Below are positions 49,988 to 60,410 of a stretch of DNA of 64,000 bases, piece by piece. Below the pieces are notes generated by a model. That model saw only the letters and a list, made by a program, of their open reading frames with translations, made no database searches and had not been told where the DNA came from. How positions within the stretch are numbered: the stretch's first letter is position 1; every line of letters starts with the position of its first letter. Source of the stretch: an uncultured Acidobacteriota bacterium. Lineage in GTDB: Bacteria; Acidobacteriota; Thermoanaerobaculia; UBA5066; Gp7-AA6. The translations under genes and the position numbers were made by a program. The stretch covers positions 128,001 through 192,000 of the forward strand of contig CAVXTP010000017.1 of assembly GCA_963764715.1 (NCBI GenBank), given 5' to 3'.

Positions 49988-52557
49988 GACCGAGCCGCTC
50001 TTTTCGCGGCGCGTGGCTTGGACTTCTTGCTCGCCGCGACGACCACCGCCTCCGGAACCTCCGGCGGCGCCTCGGGCGTGAATTCGACGATCGGCGGCAG
50101 CTCGCCGGCGGGCTTCTCGAATCCGCAGCCCGCCTTGTCGCAGGCGAAGACGTTGCCGGACTTGCGTTCCCGGAAGAGGAGGTACGGGTTGCCGCACTGC
50201 GGGCACTTTTCGGGGATCGGCCGCACCGAGAGCGAGAAGTCGCAGTTCGGGTAGTTGATGCAGCCGTAGAAGGGCCGGAAGCGTCCGCGCCGCTCGGCGA
50301 TGATGCCGCCGTCCTTGGGGCACCGCACGCCCGTGTCCTTCACGGGCTTCGGGGGCTTGTACTTGCAGGCCGGGTAGTTCGAGCACGACACGTACGCGCC
50401 GAAGCGGCCGTGCCGCCGCACGAGCCCGTTGCCGCAGCGGGGGCAGATCTCCCCGGTCGGCTCGTCGGGCTTGGCCTCGGCCTTGCCGCCCGCGACGGCG
50501 ATGTTCACGACGTTCCGGCACTTGGGGTACGCGGTGCAGCCGAGGAAGGTCGAGCCCGTGCGGCTCTGGCGCACTTTCATCGGCTCGCCGCACTCGTCGC
50601 AGGTCGTCTTCTCGAGCTCCGACATGTCGACGGCGTCTTCCTCGGGGTCCGGGATGTCCTGCGTGAACGTGCACTCGGGGTAGCCGCTGCACGCGATGAA
50701 GAGTCCGTTCTTGCCCATGCGAAGCTTCAGCTTCTTGCCGCACTTGGGGCACTTCTCGTCCATGACCGGCACGGCCGAGAGCTTGAGCTTCTTCGCCTGG
50801 GCGAGCGGGATGCCGGCCTTGCCCGAGACCATGCCGTCGAGGGCCCGGTCGCGGTCGCGCGTGAAGGTCTTGTCGAAGTCCGTCAGCGCCTTCGTCCAGG
50901 AGAGCTTGCCCTCCTCGACGTCGTCGAGGGCCTCCTCCATCCGCGCCGTGTAGGCGGTCTCGAAGAAGTCGTCGAAGTACGGGATCAGGAGCTCGATGAC
51001 CGTCCGGCCGAGGGCGGTCGGAATGAAGCGGCGGTCCTTGCGGTGAACGTACCGGCGCTCTTCGATCTTGCGCAGGATCTCGGCGTAGGTCGAGGGACGG
51101 CCGATGCCGTTCTCCTCGAGGAACTTGACGAGCGAGGCCTCGTTGAAGCGCGGCGGCGGCTGGGTCGCCTTCTTCTCGGGCAGGACCTCGACGAGCTTCA
51201 GCGTCTCGCCCTGCGTCAGGGGCGGCAGCTTCGGCGAGTCCTTGTCCGAGTCGTCGTCCTCGTCGGCCGAGACGCCGTAGGCCGCGAGGTAGCCGGCGAA
51301 CTTCAGCGTCGAGCCCGAGGCGCGGTAGACCGCGCGTCCGGCCGTGATGTCGGCCGAGGTCGTGTCGTAGACGGCGGGCGCCATCTGCGAGGCGACGAAG
51401 CGCTCCCAGATGATCCGGTAGATCTTCGCCTCGTCGGCGGCGACGTACCTGGCGACCTCGTCGGGCGGCAGGTCGAGGTACGTCGGCCGGATCGCCTCGT
51501 GCGCGTCCTGCGTGTCGCGGCGGCTCTTGAAGTACCGCGGCGACTCGGGCATCGACTCGGGCCCGTACTTTGCGGCGATGTGCTCGCGGACCGCCGTGAG
51601 GGCGTCGGCGGAGACGCGGGTCGAGTCGGTGCGCATGTACGTGATCAATCCGACGGTCCCCCGCCCCGGGATCTCGCGGCCCTCGTAGAGCCGCTGGGCG
51701 ATCTGCATCGTGCGCCGGACGGCGAAGCCGCGACGGGCCGCGGCCTGCTGGAGCTGCGAGGTGATGAAGGGCGGCGCCGGGTTCTTCCGGCGCTCGGAGG
51801 TCTCGACGGAGGAGACGGTCCACGCGGCCTTCGAGACCTCGTCGACGACCTTCTTCGCCGACGTCTCGTCCGGCAGGCGCGGGTCGGTGCCGTCGAACTT
51901 GAGCTTCTCGCCGTCGAACGACGAGAGCCGCGCCGTGAACTCCGGCGGGACCTTCCCCGAGAGCTTCGCGTCGACCGACCAGTATTCGACCGGGACGAAG
52001 GCCTCGATCTCGTTCTCGCGCTCGCAGATGATCCGCAGCGCCACGGTCTGGACGCGCCCGGCGGAAAGGCCCCGCCAGACCTTCTTCCACAGCAGGTCCG
52101 ACACCTCGTAGCCGACGAGCCGGTCGATGATGCGGCGCGCCTGCTGGGCGTCGACCCGCCGGCCGTCGATCTCGCCCGCCTGCTCCATCGCCGCGAGCAC
52201 GGCCTTCTTGGTGATCTCGTTGAAGCGGACGCGCTGGAACTTCGTCTTGCCCGCGCCCGGCTGGAGGGTCTGCTGGAGGTGCCACGAGATGGCCTCGCCC
52301 TCGCGGTCGGGGTCGGCGGCCAGATAGACGTTGTCGGCCGCCTTCGCCGCCTTCTTCAGCTCGTTGATCGTCTTCTCTTTGCCGGCCAGGACCTCGTACG
52401 TGGGCGCATAGGAATGTCCGCGGTCGATCCCGAGGCCCTTGCGCGGCAGGTCGCGGACATGGCCGTACGACGCGAGGACCTTGAACCCCTTGCCGAGAAA
52501 TTTCTCGAGGGTCTTGGCCTTCGCGGGCGACTCGACGATGACGATGGACTTGGCCAT
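49984..52557 (-). CDS. topA: DNA topoisomerase I
   Basis: IVESPAKAK, DPDREGE, SAGRVQ, ITYMRTDS, GIGRPSTY, several C4 zinc ribbons. Confidence 0.97.
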   Translation of the reverse strand: MAKSIVIVESPAKAKTLEKFLGKGFKVLASYGHVRDLPRKGLGIDRGHSYAPTYEVLAGKEKTINELKKAAKAADNVYLAADPDREGEAISWHLQQTLQPGAGKTKFQRVRFNEITKKAVLAAMEQAGEIDGRRVDAQQARRIIDRLVGYEVSDLLWKKVWRGLSAGRVQTVALRIICERENEIEAFVPVEYWSVDAKLSGKVPPEFTARLSSFDGEKLKFDGTDPRLPDETSAKKVVDEVSKAAWTVSSVETSERRKNPAPPFITSQLQQAAARRGFAVRRTMQIAQRLYEGREIPGRGTVGLITYMRTDSTRVSADALTAVREHIAAKYGPESMPESPRYFKSRRDTQDAHEAIRPTYLDLPPDEVARYVAADEAKIYRIIWERFVASQMAPAVYDTTSADITAGRAVYRASGSTLKFAGYLAAYGVSADEDDDSDKDSPKLPPLTQGETLKLVEVLPEKKATQPPPRFNEASLVKFLEENGIGRPSTYAEILRKIEERRYVHRKDRRFIPTALGRTVIELLIPYFDDFFETAYTARMEEALDDVEEGKLSWTKALTDFDKTFTRDRDRALDGMVSGKAGIPLAQAKKLKLSAVPVMDEKCPKCGKKLKLRMGKNGLFIACSGYPECTFTQDIPDPEEDAVDMSELEKTTCDECGEPMKVRQSRTGSTFLGCTAYPKCRNVVNIAVAGGKAEAKPDEPTGEICPRCGNGLVRRHGRFGAYVSCSNYPACKYKPPKPVKDTGVRCPKDGGIIAERRGRFRPFYGCINYPNCDFSLSVRPIPEKCPQCGNPYLLFRERKSGNVFACDKAGCGFEKPAGELPPIVEFTPEAPPEVPEAVVVAASKKSKPRAAKRAARS

Positions 52558-52639
52558 ATGGGGCGGGGACGGTCTCACATCAATCTGGAAAGCGCAAATT
52601 CGACCATTCCGCCTGCATGCAACATCCGCTTATTCCCGA

Positions 52640-52719
52640 GCCGTACGCCGTCAGCGGTAATCCGTAAGCAGCAAAGGAGTTTGCGCATCGCCTCCTGCTT
52701 CCTGCCTCCTGCCTCCTGC
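52640..52719. repeat. Hybrid heptamer array between dprA and topA
   Basis: CCGTACG CCGTCAG CGGTAAT CCGTAAG ... CCTCCTG CTTCCTG CCTCCTG CCTCCTG. Confidence 0.75.
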
Positions 52720-53829
52720 TCACCTTCGGCCCACCCCGTACCTCCCGCCCTCCACCGCCACCGCCATCCCCGCCGCCTCGAGCTCGAAGAGCCCGGCGAG
52801 GACCGTCGCCGCCGGAAGGTCGAGCGAGAGCGCGATCTCCTCGGGCGAGAGCGACTCCTCGCGGGCCAGCAGCTCGAGCATGCGCCGCGCCTCGGCCGAG
52901 AGCTCGGCCGGGAGCGTCGCGGGCACGCCGGCCGGGCCGGGCGACCCGATCGCGGGGAAGAGCTCGGCGAGCACGTCCTCCGCTCCGCGGCAGAGGATCG
53001 CGCCGTCCTTCAGCAGCGCGTGCGCGCCTTCGGAGGTCGGCGAAAAGATCGAGCCCGGGACGGCGAACACGTCGCGGCCGAAGTCGGCGGCGAGCCGCGC
53101 CGTGATGAGCGAGCCGGACCGGCGCGACGCCTCGACGACGACGACTCCCGACGAGAGGCCCGCGATGATCCGGTTGCGGACCGGAAAGTTCTGCGGCCGC
53201 GGCTCGGTGCCGGGCGGGTACTCGGACACGAGGAGGTGGTCGGCCGCCATGCGCTCCTTCAGACGCCGGTGCTCGCGCGGGTAGTCGACGTCCACGCCGC
53301 ACCCGAGAACCGCGATCGTGCCGCCGGGGCTGTCGAGCGCGGCCTCGTGCGCCGCCGCGTCGACTCCCCGCGCGAAGCCCGAGACCACCGTCACCCCCGC
53401 CGCCGACAGGTCCCGCGCGAGGCCCCAGGCCACGTCCCGGCCGTAGCGCGAGGCGTCGCGGGACCCGACGATCGCGACCGCCGGAAGGCGCAGGCGCTCG
53501 AGCCGCCCGAGCGCATGGAAGAGGAAGGGAGGATCGGCGATCTCGCCGAGCGCGGCCGGGTAGTCGGGGTCGAAGGCCGTGACCACGCGGACGCCGGTCG
53601 CCTCGATGCGGGCCGCCCAGCGCTCGGCCTCGACGTCGTCTCCCGCCCTCAGCACGGCCCGCGCCCGCTCCCGGGAGCCCAAAAAAGCGGACAAGTCCTC
53701 TTCTTCGGAGGACAGGACTCCCTCGACTCCCCCGCGCGCGCGCAGGACCGGCCAGAGACGCTGCGGGGTCACGCTCCCCCGCGCCCACGAGAGCGCCGCG
53801 CGGCGGCCGAGGGAGGAGGGAGGGCTCAC
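52720..53829 (-). CDS. dprA: DNA-processing protein DprA/Smf
   Basis: AIVGSR, VSGFARGVD, FPVRNRIIAGLS, SGSLITA, VFAVPG. Confidence 0.95.
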   Translation of the reverse strand: MSPPSSLGRRAALSWARGSVTPQRLWPVLRARGGVEGVLSSEEEDLSAFLGSRERARAVLRAGDDVEAERWAARIEATGVRVVTAFDPDYPAALGEIADPPFLFHALGRLERLRLPAVAIVGSRDASRYGRDVAWGLARDLSAAGVTVVSGFARGVDAAAHEAALDSPGGTIAVLGCGVDVDYPREHRRLKERMAADHLLVSEYPPGTEPRPQNFPVRNRIIAGLSSGVVVVEASRRSGSLITARLAADFGRDVFAVPGSIFSPTSEGAHALLKDGAILCRGAEDVLAELFPAIGSPGPAGVPATLPAELSAEARRMLELLAREESLSPEEIALSLDLPAATVLAGLFELEAAGMAVAVEGGRYGVGRR

Positions 53830-53931
53830 GGCCTTAAGCCATCTTTCATGGACGGAGCGACGACAATTCTCCGATTCCCCGTCGAAGGGAAACCTATAAT
53901 AGCCACCCCGACACGGGAGGCGGGCGAGCGC

Positions 53932-54300
53932 TTGAGGCAACACCGCACGTTGGTTCTCACCTTACTTCTTGTCGCGAGCGCGTGCACCTCGTACTCCCAC
54001 ACCGAGCGCGCCGACACGCAGATCAAGTTCGGGACCGACGTCGCGAAGAAGGGCCACTGGCGCGAGGCGGCGTTCCGCTACGAGCAGGCGATCACCAAGG
54101 ACCCGGCCAACGCGCGGGCGCACAACAACCTCGCCGTCGCCATGGAAGCCAACGGCGACTTCGCCCGCGCGCTCACCGAGTACAAGAAGGCGCTCGAGCT
54201 CGATCCCAACAACAACTACATCCGGCGCAACTACGCGCGCTTCGCCGAGTTCTACACGTCGTACACGAAGACGACCGGAAAGGCCGTCAGTGCGCCGTAG
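53932..54300 (+). CDS. Small TPR lipoprotein
   Basis: Lipobox ASAC; HWREAAFRYEQA, AHNNLAVA TPRs. Confidence 0.82.
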   Translation: MRQHRTLVLTLLLVASACTSYSHTERADTQIKFGTDVAKKGHWREAAFRYEQAITKDPANARAHNNLAVAMEANGDFARALTEYKKALELDPNNNYIRRNYARFAEFYTSYTKTTGKAVSAP

Positions 54301-54988
54301 GCTCGTCGCGTGCTCGATCGCCTTCCTCCTCGCGGCGATGCCCGCGCTCGCCGGCGTCGACCAGGTGAAGCTGCGGCTCCCCCTGAAGCCCAAGCTCCCG
54401 CTGCGCGGCAACGAACGAATCGCGATCGCGCCGTTCATCGTCGTCACCGACGCCGAGAAGGCGCGGGACAAGCGCCTCGCCAACGTCGACATCCAGGGCG
54501 AGTTCGACCGCTTCCTCAAGAAGCAGCTCGAGAAGAAGACCAAATTCGAGCTCATCCTGACCCCGGCGGACGTGAAGCTGCCGACCCAGAACCTGACCGA
54601 GCTCGCCAAGGCCCAGGAGTTCTGGGCGTCGGTCGGGACCCAGACGGGGGCCGAGATCATCGTCTCGGGCAGCCTCGAGTTCAAGATCGAGGACCGCTCG
54701 GGGTACAAGACCGAGGAGTACACCTCGCCGATCGACGGCCGCACGTACTACCGCCAGGTCTACGTGGAACAGACCGGGTTCATGTTCGACATCGTGCTGC
54801 TCGTCTTCGACGGGCACACGGGCGAGAAGCTCCTCCAGGACCAGTTCAAGGATTTCCGCCAGACCAGCAACCGGAAGGCCGACGAGCTCCAGGGCCTGTT
54901 CGAGAACCTGTTCTCGCTCGAGAGCCAGATCCTCAACACGTTCGTCGCGCGCGACCGCGAGGCCGAGCGCTACATCTTCACCAACTGA
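54290..54988 (+). CDS. Exported protein, CsgG/TolB-N-like alpha/beta fold (tentative)
   Basis: Signal peptide; RIAIAPF, GAEIIVSG, FDGHTGE; overlaps TPR gene. Confidence 0.7.
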   Translation: MRRRLVACSIAFLLAAMPALAGVDQVKLRLPLKPKLPLRGNERIAIAPFIVVTDAEKARDKRLANVDIQGEFDRFLKKQLEKKTKFELILTPADVKLPTQNLTELAKAQEFWASVGTQTGAEIIVSGSLEFKIEDRSGYKTEEYTSPIDGRTYYRQVYVEQTGFMFDIVLLVFDGHTGEKLLQDQFKDFRQTSNRKADELQGLFENLFSLESQILNTFVARDREAERYIFTN

Positions 54989-55004
54989 CGCGCGCGAGAC
55001 CCGC

Positions 55005-57932
55005 ATGAAGAAACTGTTCGCCGCCGCCGCTGTCGCCGTCGCCCTGGCCGCCGCGTCCCCGGCGACGTCCCAGATCCTCGACCCGTACTACACCTACTTC
55101 GGCAAGAACAAGATCGTCTACGACTCGTTCAAGTGGAAGAACTACCGGTCGACCCACTTCCTGATCTACTACCACGAGCGCGAGGAGGTCTCCCTCCAGA
55201 AGGTCGCCTCCTTCGCGGAGAGCGCGTACGACGACATCTCCCGCCAGCTCAACTTCCAGATCCCGAAGCCGATCAACCTCATCTACTACGCGACGCACTC
55301 GGAGTTCGAACAGACCAACACCATGCCGGGCTTCCTTCCGGAAGGCCTCGGCGCCTTCGCGCTCCCGACGCGCAACCGCATGGTCCTCCCGATCGACATG
55401 CCGGACGAGAAGCTCCAGCAACTCATCGCCCACGAGCTGACCCACGTCTTCCAGTTCGAGATCTTCTTCGGCGGCAGCTTCATCCGCGCCTACACCTCGG
55501 GCGCGCCGCAGTGGCTGACCGAGGGCATGGCCTCCTACTTCGCCTCCGACGAGGACTCGCGCGACAAGATGGTCCTGCGCGACGCGGTCCTCTCCGACCA
55601 GGTGCCCGAGATCGCCGAGAAGGGGATCTACGGCTTCTTCGCGTACCGGTTCGGCCACGCCGTCTTCGACTACATGGAGTCGGAATGGGGCAAGGACGGC
55701 GTCCGGGACTTCGTCTTCGAATACCGCGGCCAGCTCGGCCCGAACATCGATCGCGTCCTCCGGCGGACCTTCAGCCTGACGGCCGAGGAGTTCGACATCA
55801 AGTTCCGCCGGTTCCTGCGCCAGCGCTACATCAAGATGCTGACCGAGCGCGGCGAGCCCATCGACTTCGGCGACAGCGTGCGGCTGGCCGAGGAGGGCTC
55901 GGCCGAGGTCTCGGTCCGGCCGTTCCCCTCGGGCGACTTCGGCGCCGCGATCTCGACGCTCGGCAACGACGCCAACGTCGTCGTCTGGTCTCCCCGCGAC
56001 CGCAAGCTCTTCCGCAACCTGACCAAGGGCTTCAAGACCGAGTACGAGTACATCATCGCCCAGTGGCTGACGACGGGCCCGGTCGGCGGCGTCGACCTCG
56101 CCGTCTCGCCCGACGGAAACTCGATCGCGTTCTTCGTCCGCAGGGAGCGGGGCCGGGAGCTCGTCCTCTTGAACGCCCTCGACGGCAAGATCGAGCAGAT
56201 GATCCCCATGCCGGGCCTCGACCAGCAGCTTAATCCCGCCTTTTCCCCGGACGGTCGGACCCTCGCCTTCATGGCCATCAAGGGGGGCGACGCCGACATC
56301 TACTCCTACAGCCTCGAAAGCAAGCTGATCGTCAACCTCACGCAGGACCGCTCGTTCGATTTCGCGCCGACGTTCTCGCCCGACGGGCAGTCGATCTACT
56401 ACTCCTCCATCCAGGGCGAGACCGCGAAGATCTTCCGCTTCAAGATCGGCGTTCCGGGCTCGCGCGAGCAGATCACCTACGGGAACTCCAACGACGAGGA
56501 TGCGAGCGTCTCCCCCGACGGCAAGCGCCTCTTCTTCTCGTCCGACCGCGACGGCGGCGTCTACAACATCTACTCCGTCAACCTCGACACGGGCGAGACC
56601 TTCATGTTCACGAACGTCGTCGGGGGCTGTTTCTCGCCGGCCGTCGTCCAGAGCCGCGACGGGACCGAGCGGCTGATCTACTCGGCGTACTACAAGCGCC
56701 GTTTCGCGCTCTACGTCACCGACTCGAAGAAGCCCTACCGCAAGCTCGCCGAGCTGAACCCCGCGCCCTCGCCCGCGGGCCCGACGACGATCGCTCCGTT
56801 CCAGCCGTCGATCGAGGTCTCGATCGACCCGGAGAAGGTCACCAAGACGAGCCACAAGCTCTTCCTCGAGGACGCCCAGATCCTGGCCGGCCTCGCGAGC
56901 GACGGGCAGTTCCTGTCCAACACGATCCTGACCTTCGGCGACGACCTCGGCGACCGGCGCCTGCAGGGCATCATCCAGACCGTCTCGGGCTACACCAACG
57001 TGAACCTGCAGTACGCGGACCTGTCGCAGCGGATGCAGAAGGGGCTCGAGGCGTTTTACTACCGGCTCTACTACTACATCCTGCAGCCCAACGGCGACAT
57101 CAAGACGCAGACCAACTACGACTACATCGGCGGCAACATCTTCGCGTCCTACCCGATCAACCGCTTCTACCGGGTCGACGGCACGCTCGGGTTCATCTCC
57201 CGCGATTACAACGGATACCCCATCTGGGTGAAGACCGACGAGGGCCAGGGCCAGATTCTCATTCCGACGCACAACGACTTCCCCTCGATCGGCGCGCGGC
57301 TCGTCGGCGACACGACGGAGTACGAGTCGTTCGGCCCGATCTCCGGACGCAAGCTCTCGCTCAACATCAGCTGGGCGCCGTTCATCGGCGGCACCAAGAT
57401 CCCGAACGCGAACGAAACGACGCTGACGTTCGACACGTCGATCGACCTGCGGCACTACTTCAAGATCACGCGGCGCTCGCTCTTCGCCATCCGCCTCTAC
57501 GCGTTCCGCGCCGACGGCAACCTGCCGGACCTGCTCGCCTTCGGCGGCATCGACACGCTGCGCACCTTCCCGGTCTACGGCATCTACGGCAACACGGCCG
57601 GGTTCCTCAACGTCGAGTTCCGTTTCCCGCTGATCGACTTCATCGCGACGCCGATCCTGGGGTTCCGCGAGATCCGCGGCAAGGTCTTCATCGACGTCGG
57701 CGGCGCCGCGCTGAAGAACCAGCCGTGGCAGTTCTGGAGCGACTACACGCTCTGCGGCTACGGCGCCGTGGCCGGGTGTAACGGCTCCCAGGGCGGCTTC
57801 TCGGACTGGGGCTTCGGCCTCCAGACGAACTTCCTCGGCCTGCCGATGCACTTCGACTTCGCCAAGCAGTGGAACTTCAAGAACCAGCTCACCGACTTCA
57901 AGCTGTTCTTCTACCTCGGGCCGGAGTTCTAG
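55005..57932 (+). CDS. Metallopeptidase-PD40/TolB propeller-Omp85 beta-barrel fusion protein
   Basis: FGKNKI, AHELTH..WLTEGMA gluzincin; repeated P.FSPDG; GGIDTLR, NVEFRFP, terminal F. Confidence 0.88.
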   Translation: MKKLFAAAAVAVALAAASPATSQILDPYYTYFGKNKIVYDSFKWKNYRSTHFLIYYHEREEVSLQKVASFAESAYDDISRQLNFQIPKPINLIYYATHSEFEQTNTMPGFLPEGLGAFALPTRNRMVLPIDMPDEKLQQLIAHELTHVFQFEIFFGGSFIRAYTSGAPQWLTEGMASYFASDEDSRDKMVLRDAVLSDQVPEIAEKGIYGFFAYRFGHAVFDYMESEWGKDGVRDFVFEYRGQLGPNIDRVLRRTFSLTAEEFDIKFRRFLRQRYIKMLTERGEPIDFGDSVRLAEEGSAEVSVRPFPSGDFGAAISTLGNDANVVVWSPRDRKLFRNLTKGFKTEYEYIIAQWLTTGPVGGVDLAVSPDGNSIAFFVRRERGRELVLLNALDGKIEQMIPMPGLDQQLNPAFSPDGRTLAFMAIKGGDADIYSYSLESKLIVNLTQDRSFDFAPTFSPDGQSIYYSSIQGETAKIFRFKIGVPGSREQITYGNSNDEDASVSPDGKRLFFSSDRDGGVYNIYSVNLDTGETFMFTNVVGGCFSPAVVQSRDGTERLIYSAYYKRRFALYVTDSKKPYRKLAELNPAPSPAGPTTIAPFQPSIEVSIDPEKVTKTSHKLFLEDAQILAGLASDGQFLSNTILTFGDDLGDRRLQGIIQTVSGYTNVNLQYADLSQRMQKGLEAFYYRLYYYILQPNGDIKTQTNYDYIGGNIFASYPINRFYRVDGTLGFISRDYNGYPIWVKTDEGQGQILIPTHNDFPSIGARLVGDTTEYESFGPISGRKLSLNISWAPFIGGTKIPNANETTLTFDTSIDLRHYFKITRRSLFAIRLYAFRADGNLPDLLAFGGIDTLRTFPVYGIYGNTAGFLNVEFRFPLIDFIATPILGFREIRGKVFIDVGGAALKNQPWQFWSDYTLCGYGAVAGCNGSQGGFSDWGFGLQTNFLGLPMHFDFAKQWNFKNQLTDFKLFFYLGPEF

Positions 57933-57934
57933 AA

Positions 57935-58015
57935 CCAGTAAGCCGTAGGCCGTAAGCAGTAAGCAGTCGCATCGGGCGCAGCACGGCTTACGGCTTACTG
58001 CTTACGGCTGACTGG
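57935..58015. repeat. Heptamer-array hairpin (AAGC[AC]GT)n / (AC[GT]GCTT)n
   Basis: CCAGT AAGCCGT AGGCCGT AAGCAGT AAGCAGT - loop - ACGGCTT ACGGCTT ACTGCTT ACGGCTG ACTGG. Confidence 0.85.
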
Positions 58016-58032
58016 CTTAGAATTCCGCCAAC

Positions 58033-58809
58033 GTGACTCCCCGGAAAGCGCTCGCGATCAGGGCCCTCGGCCCCTACGGAGGCTCCGCGCCCGGCTACCG
58101 GATGACGACGTTCCTGATCGACGGGGAGACGGCCCTCGACGCGGGCGGCCTGACCGACGCGCTCCCGCTCGCCGCACAGCGGCGCATCCGGCGGGTGGTC
58201 CTGACCCACGCGCACCTCGACCACGTCGCCACCCTGCCCTTCCTGATCGAGAACATCTACGGCCGCGAGCGGCCGCTCGAAATCATCGCTCCCCCTCCCG
58301 TGCTCGCGACGCTCGCGCGGCACGTCTTCAACGACGCCACCTGGCCGGACTTCTCGCGCCTGCCCTCGCGGGCGAAGCCCACGATCGTGTACCGGCCGGT
58401 CGCGGCGGGCCGGACCATCCGGGCGGGCTCCGTGCGCTTTACGCCCGTCCCGGTCGACCACGTCGTCCCGGCCTACGGCTACCTCGTCTCGAAGCCCGGC
58501 CGTGCGGTGCTCTTCTCGGGAGACACGAGGCCGACGCGGCGTCTCTGGATCGAGGCCTCGCGCGCGAAGGACCTGAAGGCGATCTTCCTCGAGGTCTCGT
58601 TCTCGAACGCCCAGGCGGCCGTCGCCGAGGCCTCCTGCCACCTGACGCCGCAGCAGCTGCCGGGCGAGCTCGCCAAGGCGCCGCCGCGCGTTCCGGTGTT
58701 CCTGTACCACATGAAGCCGCCCTCGCTGGCGCGGATCCGGCGCGAGGTCGAGGCGCTCGACGAACCGCGGCTGCGCCTGCTCGAGTCGGAGCGCTCCTTC
58801 CGCTTCTGA
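58033..58809 (+). CDS. 3',5'-cyclic-nucleotide phosphodiesterase, class II (metallo-beta-lactamase fold)
   Basis: LTHAHLDHV, VFNDATWPDF, VDHVVP, SGDT, EVSF, HLTP, YHMKP. Confidence 0.88.
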   Translation: MTPRKALAIRALGPYGGSAPGYRMTTFLIDGETALDAGGLTDALPLAAQRRIRRVVLTHAHLDHVATLPFLIENIYGRERPLEIIAPPPVLATLARHVFNDATWPDFSRLPSRAKPTIVYRPVAAGRTIRAGSVRFTPVPVDHVVPAYGYLVSKPGRAVLFSGDTRPTRRLWIEASRAKDLKAIFLEVSFSNAQAAVAEASCHLTPQQLPGELAKAPPRVPVFLYHMKPPSLARIRREVEALDEPRLRLLESERSFRF

Positions 58810-58822
58810 GAACGGCCCCGGA

Positions 58823-60397
58823 TCAGCGGGCCGCCGTCCCCGCCCCCTCGCCCGCCGCCGGGGCGTCGTTTCCGGCCTCGAAGCGCGCCGGACCGTCCCG
58901 CAGGAGCGCCGCCACCACGACCGCCAGTCCCGCGGCGATCACCGCGCTGACTGCCGCCGCCTTCTGGAAGCCGTGCGTGAACGCTTCGCGGGCGGCCGCG
59001 AGCAGCTCCTCGCGGATCGGCGAGGCGAGCCCGGCCGCCGCGGCGACCGCGCCGCCGAGCGTGCCGCGCGCCGCCTCCGCCGCCCCGGGCGGAAGGCCCG
59101 CCGGCACCGACCCGGCCATCGCTCCGCGGTAGACGGCCGTCCCGATCGATCCGAGAACCGCGATGCCGAGCGCGCCGCCGAGCTCGGCGCTCGTCTCCGA
59201 AAGGGCCGAGGCGGCGCCCGCGCGCTCGGGCGGCGCCGCGCCGAGGACCATGTCGGTCACGAGGGTGATCGACGGCGAAAGGCCGATCGAGAACATGACC
59301 GACGCCGTCACGATCGCCGCCACCCCCGAAGCGACGCCGACGCGCGTCAGCACGGCGAACCCGGCCGCCGCGAGGACGAGGCCGGCCGCCATCAGCGGCG
59401 CCGCCCGGAACCGGCGCGCGAGGGCGGGCGTGACGAGCGAGCCGAGGATGAACCCGAGCGACCACGGCAGCGTCCAGAGCCCGGATTCGAGCGGCGAGAG
59501 TCCGAGCACCATCTGCAGGTACTGCGAGACGAAGATGAAGGCCCCGAACGCCACGAAGAGCGCGAGCGTGTAGGTCACGAGGGCCGTGCTGAAAGCGGGC
59601 GACCGGAAGAGGCCGAGGTCGACGAGCGGATGTGCCAGCGTCCGCTGGCGCCGCAGGAAGACGACGCCGAGAACGGACCCGGCGAGGACCGCGGCGGCCG
59701 GCGGCCACCCGGTCCCGTGCTCGGCGAATTCCTTGAGGCCCCAGATCACCGCGAGCACGCTCGAGAGCGACAGGGCCGCGCTCGTCAGGTCGAGCCGCGA
59801 CGCGGATGGGTCGCGGAACTCGGGAAGGTACCTCGGCGCGACGGCGAGCAGGAGCGCCATCACCGGCACGGCGAGCAGGAAGACCGAGCTCCAGTGAAAG
59901 CGCTGGAGCATCAGCCCGCCGACGAGCGGCCCGATCGCGCCGCCGACCGAGTAGCTCGTGATCCACACTGCGATCGCGAACGTGCGCTCCTTCGGGTCGT
60001 GGAACATGTTCCGGATGAGCGACAGCGTCGACGGCGCGAGCGTCGCGCCGGCGACCCCGAGCAGCGCCCGGGCCGCGATCAGCATTCCCGAGCTCCTCGA
60101 AAGGGCGGCCAGGACGGAGGCGACGCCGAAGGCGGCCGCTCCGATCATGAGGAGCCGGCGGCGGCCGATCCGGTCGCCGAGGGTCCCCATCGTGACGAGC
60201 GACCCCGCGACCAGGAAGCCGTAGATGTCCACGATCCAGAGAAGCTCCGAGGCGCTCGGCTTCAGCTCCGCGGAGAGCGCCGGGACCGCGAGGTTCAGGA
60301 CCGAGAGGTCCATCGAGTAGAGGACGCACGGCAGCGCGATCACACCGAGGCCGATCCATTCGCGGCGCGTCGCCCGGGGGATTTCGCTGGCGGCGAT
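58823..60397 (-). CDS. MFS drug:H+ antiporter (DHA2, 14 TM)
   Basis: MDLSVLNLAVP, WIVDIY, GTLGDRIGRRRLL, GAIGPLVGG; start uncertain (ATC after AAAGGA). Confidence 0.9.
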   Translation of the reverse strand: MAASEIPRATRREWIGLGVIALPCVLYSMDLSVLNLAVPALSAELKPSASELLWIVDIYGFLVAGSLVTMGTLGDRIGRRRLLMIGAAAFGVASVLAALSRSSGMLIAARALLGVAGATLAPSTLSLIRNMFHDPKERTFAIAVWITSYSVGGAIGPLVGGLMLQRFHWSSVFLLAVPVMALLLAVAPRYLPEFRDPSASRLDLTSAALSLSSVLAVIWGLKEFAEHGTGWPPAAAVLAGSVLGVVFLRRQRTLAHPLVDLGLFRSPAFSTALVTYTLALFVAFGAFIFVSQYLQMVLGLSPLESGLWTLPWSLGFILGSLVTPALARRFRAAPLMAAGLVLAAAGFAVLTRVGVASGVAAIVTASVMFSIGLSPSITLVTDMVLGAAPPERAGAASALSETSAELGGALGIAVLGSIGTAVYRGAMAGSVPAGLPPGAAEAARGTLGGAVAAAAGLASPIREELLAAAREAFTHGFQKAAAVSAVIAAGLAVVVAALLRDGPARFEAGNDAPAAGEGAGTAAR

Positions 60398-60410
60398 CGG
60401 GCGCTTCCTT

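Noticed and set aside
49951-54300. 1449-aa plus-strand ORF and many other long ORFs (e.g. 6905-9454, 17600-20206, 54978-57851)
   Set aside because: Antisense or off-frame shadows of real genes in high-GC DNA; R/G/P-rich with no motifs. Only the last 122 aa of 49951-54300 (TPR lipoprotein) look real.
58033-58809. cNMP phosphodiesterase as part of a CBASS/Pycsar or anti-defence system
   Set aside because: No cyclase or effector nearby; looks like an ordinary class II phosphodiesterase.
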